Positions 47,904-56,683 of a DNA stretch of 64,000 nt are shown here, one piece after another (the stretch's first letter is position 1; the number at the start of each line of letters is the position of its first letter). The notes beneath the pieces are model-generated. The model ran no database searches, was not told the origin of the DNA, and saw only the letters and a program-made list of their open reading frames with translations. The stretch covers positions 2,903,319 through 2,967,318 of the forward strand of contig OZ219754.1 in NCBI GenBank assembly GCA_964291295.2. The letters are read 5' to 3'. Source of the stretch: an uncultured Candidatus Binatia bacterium. GTDB taxonomy: Bacteria > Desulfobacterota > Binatia > UBA9968 > JAJDTQ01. The translations under genes were made by a program, and so were the position numbers.

Positions 47904-47921
47904 TGTTTCAGGCCGAGAGGC

Positions 47922-49361
47922 TCAACCCGCGCCGTTGCCGTTGAACAGTACCTTGCCCCACTTCCTGGCCGTGGCGTCGAGCACCTCCGGACTGGACTCC
48001 GCCACCGGCGGGAACTCGCTCATCCACTCGTAGGGACGGCACGCGTCGATGATGGCGCGGGAGTTGAAGCCCTTCTTCGTGGGGTGCACGATGGGGTCGA
48101 GGGGGCCGCTCCAGGCGCGCCGGATGATGTCGATGTCGCCATCCGGATCAGAGCGCGTCGCCAGGGCCCAGATCACGTCATCGGTGTTGGAGGGGTCAAT
48201 GTCGTCGTCCACGACAATGACGTAGCGGCCGAGGTAGGCGCCCGCGTGGCACTGGGAAGCCACCACCGCGGCCTGGCGCGCGTGTCCCGGGTAGCGCTGC
48301 TTGATGGAGACCACCATGACCAGACGGCTGCCGCCAGCCACCATCAGCCAGACACCCCTGACATCGGGAACGCCGGCTTTCTCCATCTCGTCCCAGATGA
48401 GCGCCGAACGCAGGTACGACCGGTACCAGCCGAGCTCGGCCGGCGGCCTTCCCGGAGGCGAGCCGAGGATGATGGGGTCGTTCCGATGGTACAGGCGCTT
48501 GATCTTCACGATGGGCTCGTTCCGCTCCGCGCTGGCATAGTAGCCGGTCCACTCGCCGAACGGGCCCTCGACACGATCCTCGCCGAAGATCACGTCGCCC
48601 TCCACCACGATCTCGGCATTGGCCGGAACCATCAACCCGGAGTACGGCGCCTTGACCACCTCCAGGGGCTCTCCGCGAATACCCCCCAGGAAGTCGTACT
48701 CGGGCACGCCGTAGGGCACCTCGATGCTTCCGCCCAGGAAGACCAGCGGGTCATGCCCGAAGGACATGGCCATCTTGAAGGACTCGCCGGTCTGCTGGTA
48801 CTTGTCCCGGTGGATCCGGCCGTGCTTGCCCGGAGAGATGTAGAAGCCCACGGTGTCGGAATCGTGGACCATGACCCGATACGTGCCCCAGTTGGTCCAG
48901 CCTTCGTCCCGGTCCGCGGTGATGTCGATGCTGCCGGTGCCGATGTAGCGGCCGCCGTCCCGCTCGTGCCAGCGGGGCGTGGGGAACTTGAGCAGATCAA
49001 TGTCGCCCTCTTCGAAAACGTTCTCGAACAGCGGGCCGTCCTTCAGCACCTTGGCGGGGACAGGCTTGATCTTCCTGTAATGCTCGCGCCACGTGTTGAC
49101 GAACTCCATCTTGCTGTCGCCCGGGGGCAGGTTCAGAGTCAAGCCGATACGCTTCCGCGAACTCAGCGAGTTGGACAGGACGCGGTAGCCCTTGGGGTGG
49201 TCCTTGATCTCGTCGAACAGCACCGCGGGGCCGTCTTCCCTGCGCATCACCATCTCGGTAATGGCGCCGATCTCAAGATCCCAGTCGCAGCCCCTCAGGG
49301 TCTTGAGCTCCCCCATCGCATTCGCCTTGTCGATCCACTCGCGGCAATCATTGAATTCCAT
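47922..49361 (-). CDS. UbiD-family decarboxylase/carboxylase, paralogue 2
   Basis: ORF 47922..49457 trimmed to ATG 49361 (GGAGG SD). MEFNDCREWIDKANAMGELKTLRG..., core VEGPFGEWTGYYASAE. Confidence 0.85.
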   Translation of the reverse strand: MEFNDCREWIDKANAMGELKTLRGCDWDLEIGAITEMVMRREDGPAVLFDEIKDHPKGYRVLSNSLSSRKRIGLTLNLPPGDSKMEFVNTWREHYRKIKPVPAKVLKDGPLFENVFEEGDIDLLKFPTPRWHERDGGRYIGTGSIDITADRDEGWTNWGTYRVMVHDSDTVGFYISPGKHGRIHRDKYQQTGESFKMAMSFGHDPLVFLGGSIEVPYGVPEYDFLGGIRGEPLEVVKAPYSGLMVPANAEIVVEGDVIFGEDRVEGPFGEWTGYYASAERNEPIVKIKRLYHRNDPIILGSPPGRPPAELGWYRSYLRSALIWDEMEKAGVPDVRGVWLMVAGGSRLVMVVSIKQRYPGHARQAAVVASQCHAGAYLGRYVIVVDDDIDPSNTDDVIWALATRSDPDGDIDIIRRAWSGPLDPIVHPTKKGFNSRAIIDACRPYEWMSEFPPVAESSPEVLDATARKWGKVLFNGNGAG

Positions 49362-49410
49362 CGTTACCTCCGCTCGGTATGCATTCCATCTGCCGTGCTT
49401 TCGGGACGTG

Positions 49411-49800
49411 TCAGGTCTTCTGGTACATGCCTCGCCCCATGCGCCTGATCCGGCCATCCTTGGACCACCGTACCACTACCTGCCGGAGATAGGCCCTGGG
49501 CTTCTCGCTCGCCGTCTTGTTGGCGCCCACGGTGTCGAGAGTGAACTCCTTCGGCAAGGTGTCGAAAATCGCGTTCCAGTCGATCATGGCGCCGCGAGGC
49601 CCCCGTCTCTGCACCTGTCCGGAGCGGGCGGGCCGGCCGCGCCGGCGGCGCGGTTCTCGACCTCCATCCAGCATGTCGTAGATGATCTCATGCCGCTTGA
49701 TATCGTCCCGGAGCGTGGCCACCCGCGCGGTGGCCGCCGCCAGTTCCTTCTTCAACAGATCGATCTGCTGCCTGACACTTACCTTCAGAGCCAAGGCCAT
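49411..49800 (-). CDS. Hypothetical small DNA-binding-type protein (coiled coil + Arg-rich/AT-hook-like + wHTH-like C-terminus)
   Basis: AAGGAGGAAAG SD directly before ATG 49800. VRQQIDLLKKELAAATARVATLRDDIKRHE, RRRRGRPARS, C-terminal YLRQVVVRWSKDGRIRRMGRGMYQK. No family recognised. Confidence 0.6.
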   Translation of the reverse strand: MALALKVSVRQQIDLLKKELAAATARVATLRDDIKRHEIIYDMLDGGREPRRRRGRPARSGQVQRRGPRGAMIDWNAIFDTLPKEFTLDTVGANKTASEKPRAYLRQVVVRWSKDGRIRRMGRGMYQKT

Positions 49801-50077
49801 CTTTCCTCCTTGCTTCCCCCTTGCTTGAGCAATGCCATCCTAGTTAGCACGCCATTTCACAAATCACAATTGGCAAATCATCGCGACTCCATCGATTGCA
49901 TCCACCCATGGACCCGTGATGGACTCCTTCGTGATCCACTCCATGCCAACGGCTTCGCAAATGCCGATCCCTGTGATATCATCCCCGAATTGAAGTCGAA
50001 CGTGCAGTCACGTGCAGTCGAACGCGGCCTCGCCAGCGGTGAGGCCGAACCCATCGAAAGGACTCGGGACGGCAGCC

Positions 50078-50269
50078 ATGGCCAGAAAATGCTCCATCTG
50101 CGGCAAGGGACCCGCCGTCGGGAACAACGTCAGCCACGCCAACAACAAGACCCGCCGCCGCTGGCTGCCGAACCTCCAGCAGGTTCGAGCACGGCTGAAC
50201 GGCGCCGTCCGGCGCATACGCGTCTGTACCCGGTGTCTGCGCTCCGGCAAGGTCGAAAAGGTCGCGTGA
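50078..50269 (+). CDS. rpmB: 50S ribosomal protein L28
   Basis: ORF 50012..50269 trimmed to ATG 50078. [34 protein letters not shown]. Confidence 0.9.
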   Translation: MARKCSICGKGPAVGNNVSHANNKTRRRWLPNLQQVRARLNGAVRRIRVCTRCLRSGKVEKVA

Positions 50270-50301
50270 GTTCGCATCCGGCCGGCACCGGAAACGACCC
50301 C

Positions 50302-52506
50302 TTACACCTGCACCCGATTCGCCTGGTACACTCCCTTCACGCTGGAGATGCCCGCCAGCACCCGCCGCAGTTGATCGGAGCTTCCGATCATGATCTCGAA
50401 CGTGTTGACTGCCTTGTCGTCGAACGTGCGTATGTGCGCGCGAGCGATGTTGACGCCCGCATCCGATATGACCGAACTGATGGCCGCCAGCAGGCCGGGC
50501 TTGTCCGCGCAGTTCACCTCGATCTTCACCGCCCGGGGCATCTTCACGTCCTCCGACCAGTTCACCTCCACCCTTCTCCCGGGATCGGCCTCGAGTCCCG
50601 TGGGACAGTGCGCCACGTGCACGGTCACGCCCCGCCGGCGGGTGATGATCCCGGCGATCTTCTCGCCGGGCAGTGGATGGCAGCAGCGTGCGAAGCGCAC
50701 CAGCACGTCCTTGATGCCCTTGACCCGCACTCCCCGGTCCCGTGAGCCGACCAGCCGGAAGAGCCGTTCGAGACCGCCTTCGAACTGCTTCTTGTCGTCC
50801 TTGAGCTCCTCCGCCGGCAGCAGCCTGGCCAGGATCTGGCGCGGCATCAGCTTGCCGTAGCCGACGCTGGCCAGGAGCCCCTCCTCGTTCCGGACCCCGA
50901 GTTCCTTCCCCAGCGTGTCGATGCGCCCCTCATCCTGGAGATGCGGGTAGTTCAATCCGTGGCGGCCAAAGTCGCCTTCGAGAATCTCCCGCCCCAGCGC
51001 CACGCTCCGCTCCCGCTGCTGCGACGCCATCCACGCCCGGATCCGGGACTTGGCCCGGGGGGTCTTGGCCACCTTCAGCCAGTCCCGGCTCGGCGTCTGC
51101 TCCTGCGTGGTGATGATCTCCACCGTATCGCCACTCCTGAGGATGTACTTGAAGGGCACCAGCCGGCCGTTCACGCGCGCACCCGAGCAGTGCTGCCCGA
51201 TGTCGGAGTGGATCCGGTAAGCGAAATCGACGACCGTCGCGGCCTTGGGAAAGACCTGCAGGTCGCCTTTGGGCGTGAAGACGTAGAGTTCGTCCGGGAA
51301 CAGGTCCTCCTTGATGCTGTGGAGGAACTCCTGCGGGTCGGACAGGTTCTGCTGCCATTCGAGGAGCTGCCGCAGCCATGCGAACCGCTGCATGTCCGTC
51401 ACCTGCAGATCCTTGCCCTTCTTGTAGCGCCAATGGGAGGCGATCCCCTCCTCGGCCACCCGGTGCATCTCCTGGGTGCGAATCTGTATCTCGATGCGCT
51501 GGGCGTTGGGGCCGATGACGGTGGTGTGCAGCGACTGGTACATGTTGGGCTTGGCCAGCGCGATGTAGTCCTTGAACCGCCCCGGCACCGGCCGCCACTT
51601 GGAATGGACCACGCCCAGGGACTCGTAACACTCCCGAACCGTGTCCACCACGATGCGGAAGGCCACGAGGTCGTAGACCTGCCCGAAGTCCAGGCTCTGG
51701 ATCTCCATCTTCTTGAAGATGCTGTAGAAGTGCTTGGGCCGGCCGCTCACTTCGGCGTCGATGCCCTCTTCCGCCAGCGCCTTGCCGAGCCGCGTGATGA
51801 CGTCCTTGGTGTACTTCTCCCGGTGCTTCTTCTTCTGAGCCACATCGCCCTTGAGCTGTGCGTAGACCTCCGGGCTCAGGTGCTTGAGGGCCAGATCCTC
51901 GAGTTCGCTCTTGATCCAGTAGATCCCCAGCCGGTGAGCGATGGGAGCGTAGATGTCCAGGGTCTCCTGGGCGATGCGCCGCTGCTTCTCCGCCGACAGA
52001 TACTGCAGCGTGCGCATGTTGTGGGTACGGTCGGCCAGCTTGATCAGGACCACGCGGATGTCCTTGGCCATGGCCAGGATCATCTTCCGGAAATTCTCGG
52101 CCTGCTTCTCCTCGTGGCTGGTGAAATCGACGCGGCTCAACTTGGTGACGCCGTCCACCAGGGCCGCGACTTCCTCGCCGAAGGTCTTCTCGATCTCCGG
52201 CAGCGTGGTCAGGGTGTCCTCGACGGTGTCGTGCAGCAGCCCGCCGATAATGCTGGGAAGGTCCAGCTTCAGGTCCGCCAGCACCTCGGCCACGGCCACC
52301 GGATGGACCAGATAGGGCTCGCCGGACAACCGCCTCTGGCCATCGTGCACCGCCGACGAAAACCGGTACGCCTCGCGCAACTGGCCGACGTCGGCCCCCG
52401 GCTGGTACCGCAGCACCTTTTCCGCCAGATCGTTGAGGGCGCTGTCGGGTCCGGCGCCCCTGGCCCGGCGCCGGGGTCTTACCGCGGTCTCGGGATGTAC
52501 CTGCAA
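50302..52506 (-). CDS. spoT: Bifunctional (p)ppGpp synthetase/hydrolase (Rel/SpoT)
   Basis: HD domain HPVAVAEVL...LLHDTVEDT, synthetase YQSLHTTV, TGS and C-terminal ACT. 734 aa. Confidence 0.9.
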   Translation of the reverse strand: MQVHPETAVRPRRRARGAGPDSALNDLAEKVLRYQPGADVGQLREAYRFSSAVHDGQRRLSGEPYLVHPVAVAEVLADLKLDLPSIIGGLLHDTVEDTLTTLPEIEKTFGEEVAALVDGVTKLSRVDFTSHEEKQAENFRKMILAMAKDIRVVLIKLADRTHNMRTLQYLSAEKQRRIAQETLDIYAPIAHRLGIYWIKSELEDLALKHLSPEVYAQLKGDVAQKKKHREKYTKDVITRLGKALAEEGIDAEVSGRPKHFYSIFKKMEIQSLDFGQVYDLVAFRIVVDTVRECYESLGVVHSKWRPVPGRFKDYIALAKPNMYQSLHTTVIGPNAQRIEIQIRTQEMHRVAEEGIASHWRYKKGKDLQVTDMQRFAWLRQLLEWQQNLSDPQEFLHSIKEDLFPDELYVFTPKGDLQVFPKAATVVDFAYRIHSDIGQHCSGARVNGRLVPFKYILRSGDTVEIITTQEQTPSRDWLKVAKTPRAKSRIRAWMASQQRERSVALGREILEGDFGRHGLNYPHLQDEGRIDTLGKELGVRNEEGLLASVGYGKLMPRQILARLLPAEELKDDKKQFEGGLERLFRLVGSRDRGVRVKGIKDVLVRFARCCHPLPGEKIAGIITRRRGVTVHVAHCPTGLEADPGRRVEVNWSEDVKMPRAVKIEVNCADKPGLLAAISSVISDAGVNIARAHIRTFDDKAVNTFEIMIGSSDQLRRVLAGISSVKGVYQANRVQV

Positions 52507-53102
52507 ATCTTGAGCCTTTCAGCGGCAATGATGGCGGCCAGCCGCGTCACCGCGTCCTTCACGTCACGGTTGACGATGACGTAATCATACCCCTGAATCT
52601 CCTGAATTTCATGCCGTGCGTTGTGCCAGCGCTGCGCGATGGTCGCGCGCGCGTCCGTGCCCCGGCGGGCCAGGCGGCGACGCAGTTCGTCGAGCGACGG
52701 CGGCAACACGAACGTCGCCACGGCGCTGGCGAAGTGCTGCTTGATCTGACGCGCCCCCTGGACATCGATGTCCAGCAACACGTCCCGGCCGCGCCGCAAC
52801 TGGCTTTCGAGCAACCGGCGGGGGGTGCCGTACAGTTGCCCGTGCACCTCGGCCCATTCGGCGAAGGCTCCGGTCGCAAGCCGCCGCCGAAAGACCGCCT
52901 CCGTCACGAAGTGATAGTCCTTGCCCGGCGCCTCCCCGACCCGGGGCGGCCGCGTCGTGCAGGACACGGACAGGCTCATCTCCGGATAGATGCTCAGGAC
53001 CTTTCGGGTCAATGTCGTCTTGCCCGCCCCCGAAGGCGCCGAGACGATGAAAACGATGCCGGAACGGCGTCTGCTGGCAAAGCTGCGGATGGAGACTGTC
53101 AT
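52479..53102 (-). CDS. gmk: Guanylate kinase
   Basis: IVFIVSAPSGAGKTTL...TTRPPRVGEAPGKDYHFV. Confidence 0.9.
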   Translation of the reverse strand: MTVSIRSFASRRRSGIVFIVSAPSGAGKTTLTRKVLSIYPEMSLSVSCTTRPPRVGEAPGKDYHFVTEAVFRRRLATGAFAEWAEVHGQLYGTPRRLLESQLRRGRDVLLDIDVQGARQIKQHFASAVATFVLPPSLDELRRRLARRGTDARATIAQRWHNARHEIQEIQGYDYVIVNRDVKDAVTRLAAIIAAERLKICRYIPRPR

Positions 53103-53929
53103 TCGACGTTCTGGACTTGTTCGCGAATCTTCTCCACGCTTTCCTTGCCCTCCAGCACCACCCGGATCACGTCGAGCTGCGGCGCCTTGGCGCCCACGGT
53201 GGTGAGTTCGCGCTGCACCTCCTGGAGCAGGAAGTCGATCTTTTTCCCCACCGGCTCCCGTTCGCGCATCAAGCCGGCGAGGGCTTCCACGTGGCTGCCC
53301 AGCCGGACCACTTCCTCGTTGATGCTGCCCTTGAAGGAACCGCCGCCGGCATCGCCGCCGCTGTTGGCGCCCTGTTCCTGAAGCCGCTGGTCGATGACTG
53401 CGGCGCGACGCCCCAGACGCCGGGCCACGCGAGTCAGCAGACGTGCCTCCGCCACCATGTTGCGCTTGAGGTTGCGGCCCTCCCGGTCCCGTGACCGGGT
53501 GAGATGGGTCAGAGCCGCCTGCAGCGCCCGCAGCACCAGCTCCTTCTCGCTTCCCTCGATCTGCTCCGGTTCCTTGAACTGAAACAGGTCCGGCAGGCGC
53601 GGCAGCAGTTGAAGATCCACGTCTCCCTGCAGGCCGAAGCGTTTCTTGATGCCTTGCAGGGCCTCGCAGTACTGCGCCACGAGGGTGTCGTCCACCTCCA
53701 GCCGGCAGCCGCGCCCCTTGAGCGGCGTACGCTCGACAAAGACGTCCGTACGGCCCCGATGGACCTTCGTCCGCGTCTGTTCGCGCAACTCGCCCTCGAG
53801 GCTCATGTAGAGCCTGGGGACCCGCAGATGCACGTCCGCATGCCGGTGGTTGACGCTGCGGATCTGTACGGAAACCTTGACCTGCCTGTCCTGGCGTATG
53901 GCCTGGCCATAACCGGTCATGCTTCTCAT
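53099..53929 (-). CDS. yicC: YicC-family stress-induced protein
   Basis: MRSMTGYGQA...SVNHR...; C-terminal DUF1732-like KKIDFLLQEVQRELTTVGAKA. Confidence 0.85.
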   Translation of the reverse strand: MRSMTGYGQAIRQDRQVKVSVQIRSVNHRHADVHLRVPRLYMSLEGELREQTRTKVHRGRTDVFVERTPLKGRGCRLEVDDTLVAQYCEALQGIKKRFGLQGDVDLQLLPRLPDLFQFKEPEQIEGSEKELVLRALQAALTHLTRSRDREGRNLKRNMVAEARLLTRVARRLGRRAAVIDQRLQEQGANSGGDAGGGSFKGSINEEVVRLGSHVEALAGLMREREPVGKKIDFLLQEVQRELTTVGAKAPQLDVIRVVLEGKESVEKIREQVQNVE

Positions 53930-53970
53930 GCGCCCTTCGCTTCCTTCAAGAAATCTTCACACCACTCGCG

Positions 53971-56658
53971 CTATGGCGCCTGCAAGGCCTGGAGCGACTG
54001 CTCGAGCTGACGCAGGGCGTCGCCGAAGCCGGCCCAGTCGCCGGCCTTGAGACGTTCCATGGAACGCCGGTAATGCTGGAGGGCCTGAGTCCGAAGATCG
54101 CCCCCGGCTTCCGGCACCGCCACGGTCCGCACCGCCGGGGCGGCCGCCGCCGGATCCTCGGCGGCGTCGCCGAAGAGCTCGTTCAGAGCGTCCTCGAGAT
54201 TGTCCCGCATGGCGATGCGGTTGCCGAACACGGTGACCACCCGCTTGAGCTCGGGCAACGACCCCTGCTCCGCGGCCAGATAGAGGGACTGGACGTACAG
54301 CAGCGAGTCCTGGATGGGAATGGCCAGCAGGCTGCCGCGGATCACCTGCGAACCGCGCTGGCCCCACAGGCTCAACTGCTGCGAGATGTAGGCGTCCTGA
54401 TCGATGCGGGCATCGATCTGATTGGGGCCGTAGATGAGCTTGGCCTTGGGGAAGTTGAGCGCCAGCAGCTTGCCGTAGTGCGTGCCGTCGCTGCGGGCGG
54501 CGAGCCATGCCCGCATGTTGTCGCGGTTGTTGGGAGTGAACGGCAGGAGCAGCACGAACTCCTCCCTGGCCTCCCCGGGCAGACGCATGATGGTGTAGTA
54601 GGGCTCCATCTCCCGGTCTTCCTCGCCCACCTTTCTGAAGGGGATGCTCAGGAGGTCTTCCTTGTTGTAGAAGACCTGCGGATCCCGCATGTGATAGGTC
54701 GCGTACATCCGCGCCTGCACCTTGAAGAGGTCCTGTGGATAGCGGACATGGGAACGCAGCGCCTCCGGCATCGCCGCCATCGGCTTGAACAGCCCCGGAA
54801 ATCCGTTGGCGTAGGCCTTCACCACCGGATCCACGGCATCGGCGATGTAGAAGTCCACGGTGCCGTTGTAGGCGTCCACCACCGTCTTCACCGAATTGCG
54901 GATATAGTTGCCGACCCCCTCGGTGGGCTCGGAATACGGATAGCGTTCCGACGTGGTGTAACCGTCGACAATCCAGAAGAGCCGCCCGTCGGGGGTCACG
55001 ACGAGATAGGGGTCCTCGTCGAAATCGAGAAACGGCGCCAGCTTCCGGATCCGGTCCTGGATCCTGCGGTGGTAGAGAATGCGGCTCTCCGGCGTGATGT
55101 CGTTGGAAAGGGAGATCCGCAACGTGGCAAAGCGGGCCGAATAGAGAAGCTTGCGCCAGAACGACTGCAGCGGCACCCCTCCCGTACCGTCGTAGGTGGT
55201 GTAGATGTTTCGATCCCCGGCCGGATAGTCCAGCTCCTGGGCCAGCGTCTTCACGAACACGTAGTCGTTGGCCACCTCGCCGTAGTAGATTCCCGGACGG
55301 GTCACCTTGATGAAACCGTCGGACACCGGCGGGATGTCCTTGACGAAGAACTCGGGCAGCCCCTCCTTGCTGATCTGGTTCACCGGGCTGTACACCACCC
55401 CGTAGCCGTGGGTGTACACCAGATGTTCGTTGATCCAGATGCGGCTGGGAAGCTGTTCGTGGGAGAGTTCGCGGGCCGAGAGCATCACCTGCCGGTAGCT
55501 CCCGTCGATCTTGTAGCGGTCCGTGTCCACATCGAGGAACTCGTAGTAGGTGCGGATCTGCTGAAGCTGCGCGTAGGTCGACAGCAGCGGCTCGTAGTTC
55601 CACAGCCGGATGTTCTTGACCGTGGCATCGTTCTGCCTGAGGTCGTCCGCGGTCAGCATCTCGTCGACCGGAAACTCCTGGGCGTCCACCCGGTCGAGGC
55701 CGTAGGCGTGCCGCGTGGAGCGGATATTGCGCTGGATATAAGGCGTCTCCGCCACCAGCTCGTTGGGCACGACGTGAAACTGCTGCAGGAACGAGGGGTA
55801 GGCATACAGTCCCACCAGATGGACCGCGGCCAGGGAGCCCAGCCCGATCACGAGATACCTGAGCCCGACCCACCGCATCTGCAACAGGCAGAGGAGGGAC
55901 ACGGCGGCCGCCACCACCGCCAGCACCCGCAGCGCCGGAAGCCTGGCGTGTATGTCCGTGTAGCCGGCGCCGAACACGACGCCGGCCTGCGAGTAGAGCA
56001 GCTTGTAGGCATCGAGCAGATAGCCGCCGCACTGGACCAGCAGCAACAGGGCCAGCAGCACCGACAGGTGGACCTTGGCGGAGCGGTGCACGAACAGGCC
56101 GTTCTCCGAGTACTGGATGCCGCCGTAAAGGAAATAGATGAACGAACTCGCCACCAGCATCAGTCCCAGCGACACCAGAAACCACCGGTAGAGCGCCTCC
56201 AGCGCGGGCAGACGGAAGATGTAGAAACCGATGTCCTTGCCCAGCAGCGGTTCCTGGATGCCGAACGGAAGGCCGTTGAAGTACAGCAGCGCGGACTCCC
56301 AGTGCATGGCCGCCTGGGGCGCGGCCAGGAAGCCCAGCACCAGCGCCACGGGCAGCAGCAGGCGCCGGATCAAAGGATCCAGATCTTCCGGACCCGGAAC
56401 CTCCGGATTCCGGCTCTGGAGCGGCACCACGCCGTCCCGAAGCCGGGCCGCGAGCTTGATGTTGACGTAGAAGAGCGCGAAGAAGAGCAGCCCCGAGATC
56501 ACCCCCAGCAGCACCTTGATCCACAGGGTCTTGGTGAACACGCCGGCATAGCCGATCTCCCGGAACCAGAGATAGTCGGTAAAGAGATAGATGGCCTCGC
56601 CCACGAGCGAGAACAGCAGAAACGCGCCAAGCGCGATCAAGCCGATGGATTTTCTCAT
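53971..56658 (-). CDS. UPF0182-family large integral membrane protein
   Basis: 895 aa. N-terminal multi-TM region (YLFTDYLWFREIGYAGVF) followed by a large soluble domain (RLWNYEPLLSTYAQLQQIRTYYEF). Confidence 0.85.
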   Translation of the reverse strand: MRKSIGLIALGAFLLFSLVGEAIYLFTDYLWFREIGYAGVFTKTLWIKVLLGVISGLLFFALFYVNIKLAARLRDGVVPLQSRNPEVPGPEDLDPLIRRLLLPVALVLGFLAAPQAAMHWESALLYFNGLPFGIQEPLLGKDIGFYIFRLPALEALYRWFLVSLGLMLVASSFIYFLYGGIQYSENGLFVHRSAKVHLSVLLALLLLVQCGGYLLDAYKLLYSQAGVVFGAGYTDIHARLPALRVLAVVAAAVSLLCLLQMRWVGLRYLVIGLGSLAAVHLVGLYAYPSFLQQFHVVPNELVAETPYIQRNIRSTRHAYGLDRVDAQEFPVDEMLTADDLRQNDATVKNIRLWNYEPLLSTYAQLQQIRTYYEFLDVDTDRYKIDGSYRQVMLSARELSHEQLPSRIWINEHLVYTHGYGVVYSPVNQISKEGLPEFFVKDIPPVSDGFIKVTRPGIYYGEVANDYVFVKTLAQELDYPAGDRNIYTTYDGTGGVPLQSFWRKLLYSARFATLRISLSNDITPESRILYHRRIQDRIRKLAPFLDFDEDPYLVVTPDGRLFWIVDGYTTSERYPYSEPTEGVGNYIRNSVKTVVDAYNGTVDFYIADAVDPVVKAYANGFPGLFKPMAAMPEALRSHVRYPQDLFKVQARMYATYHMRDPQVFYNKEDLLSIPFRKVGEEDREMEPYYTIMRLPGEAREEFVLLLPFTPNNRDNMRAWLAARSDGTHYGKLLALNFPKAKLIYGPNQIDARIDQDAYISQQLSLWGQRGSQVIRGSLLAIPIQDSLLYVQSLYLAAEQGSLPELKRVVTVFGNRIAMRDNLEDALNELFGDAAEDPAAAAPAVRTVAVPEAGGDLRTQALQHYRRSMERLKAGDWAGFGDALRQLEQSLQALQAP

Positions 56659-56683
56659 GGAATCCGGATCCTTTTCGGGTGCC

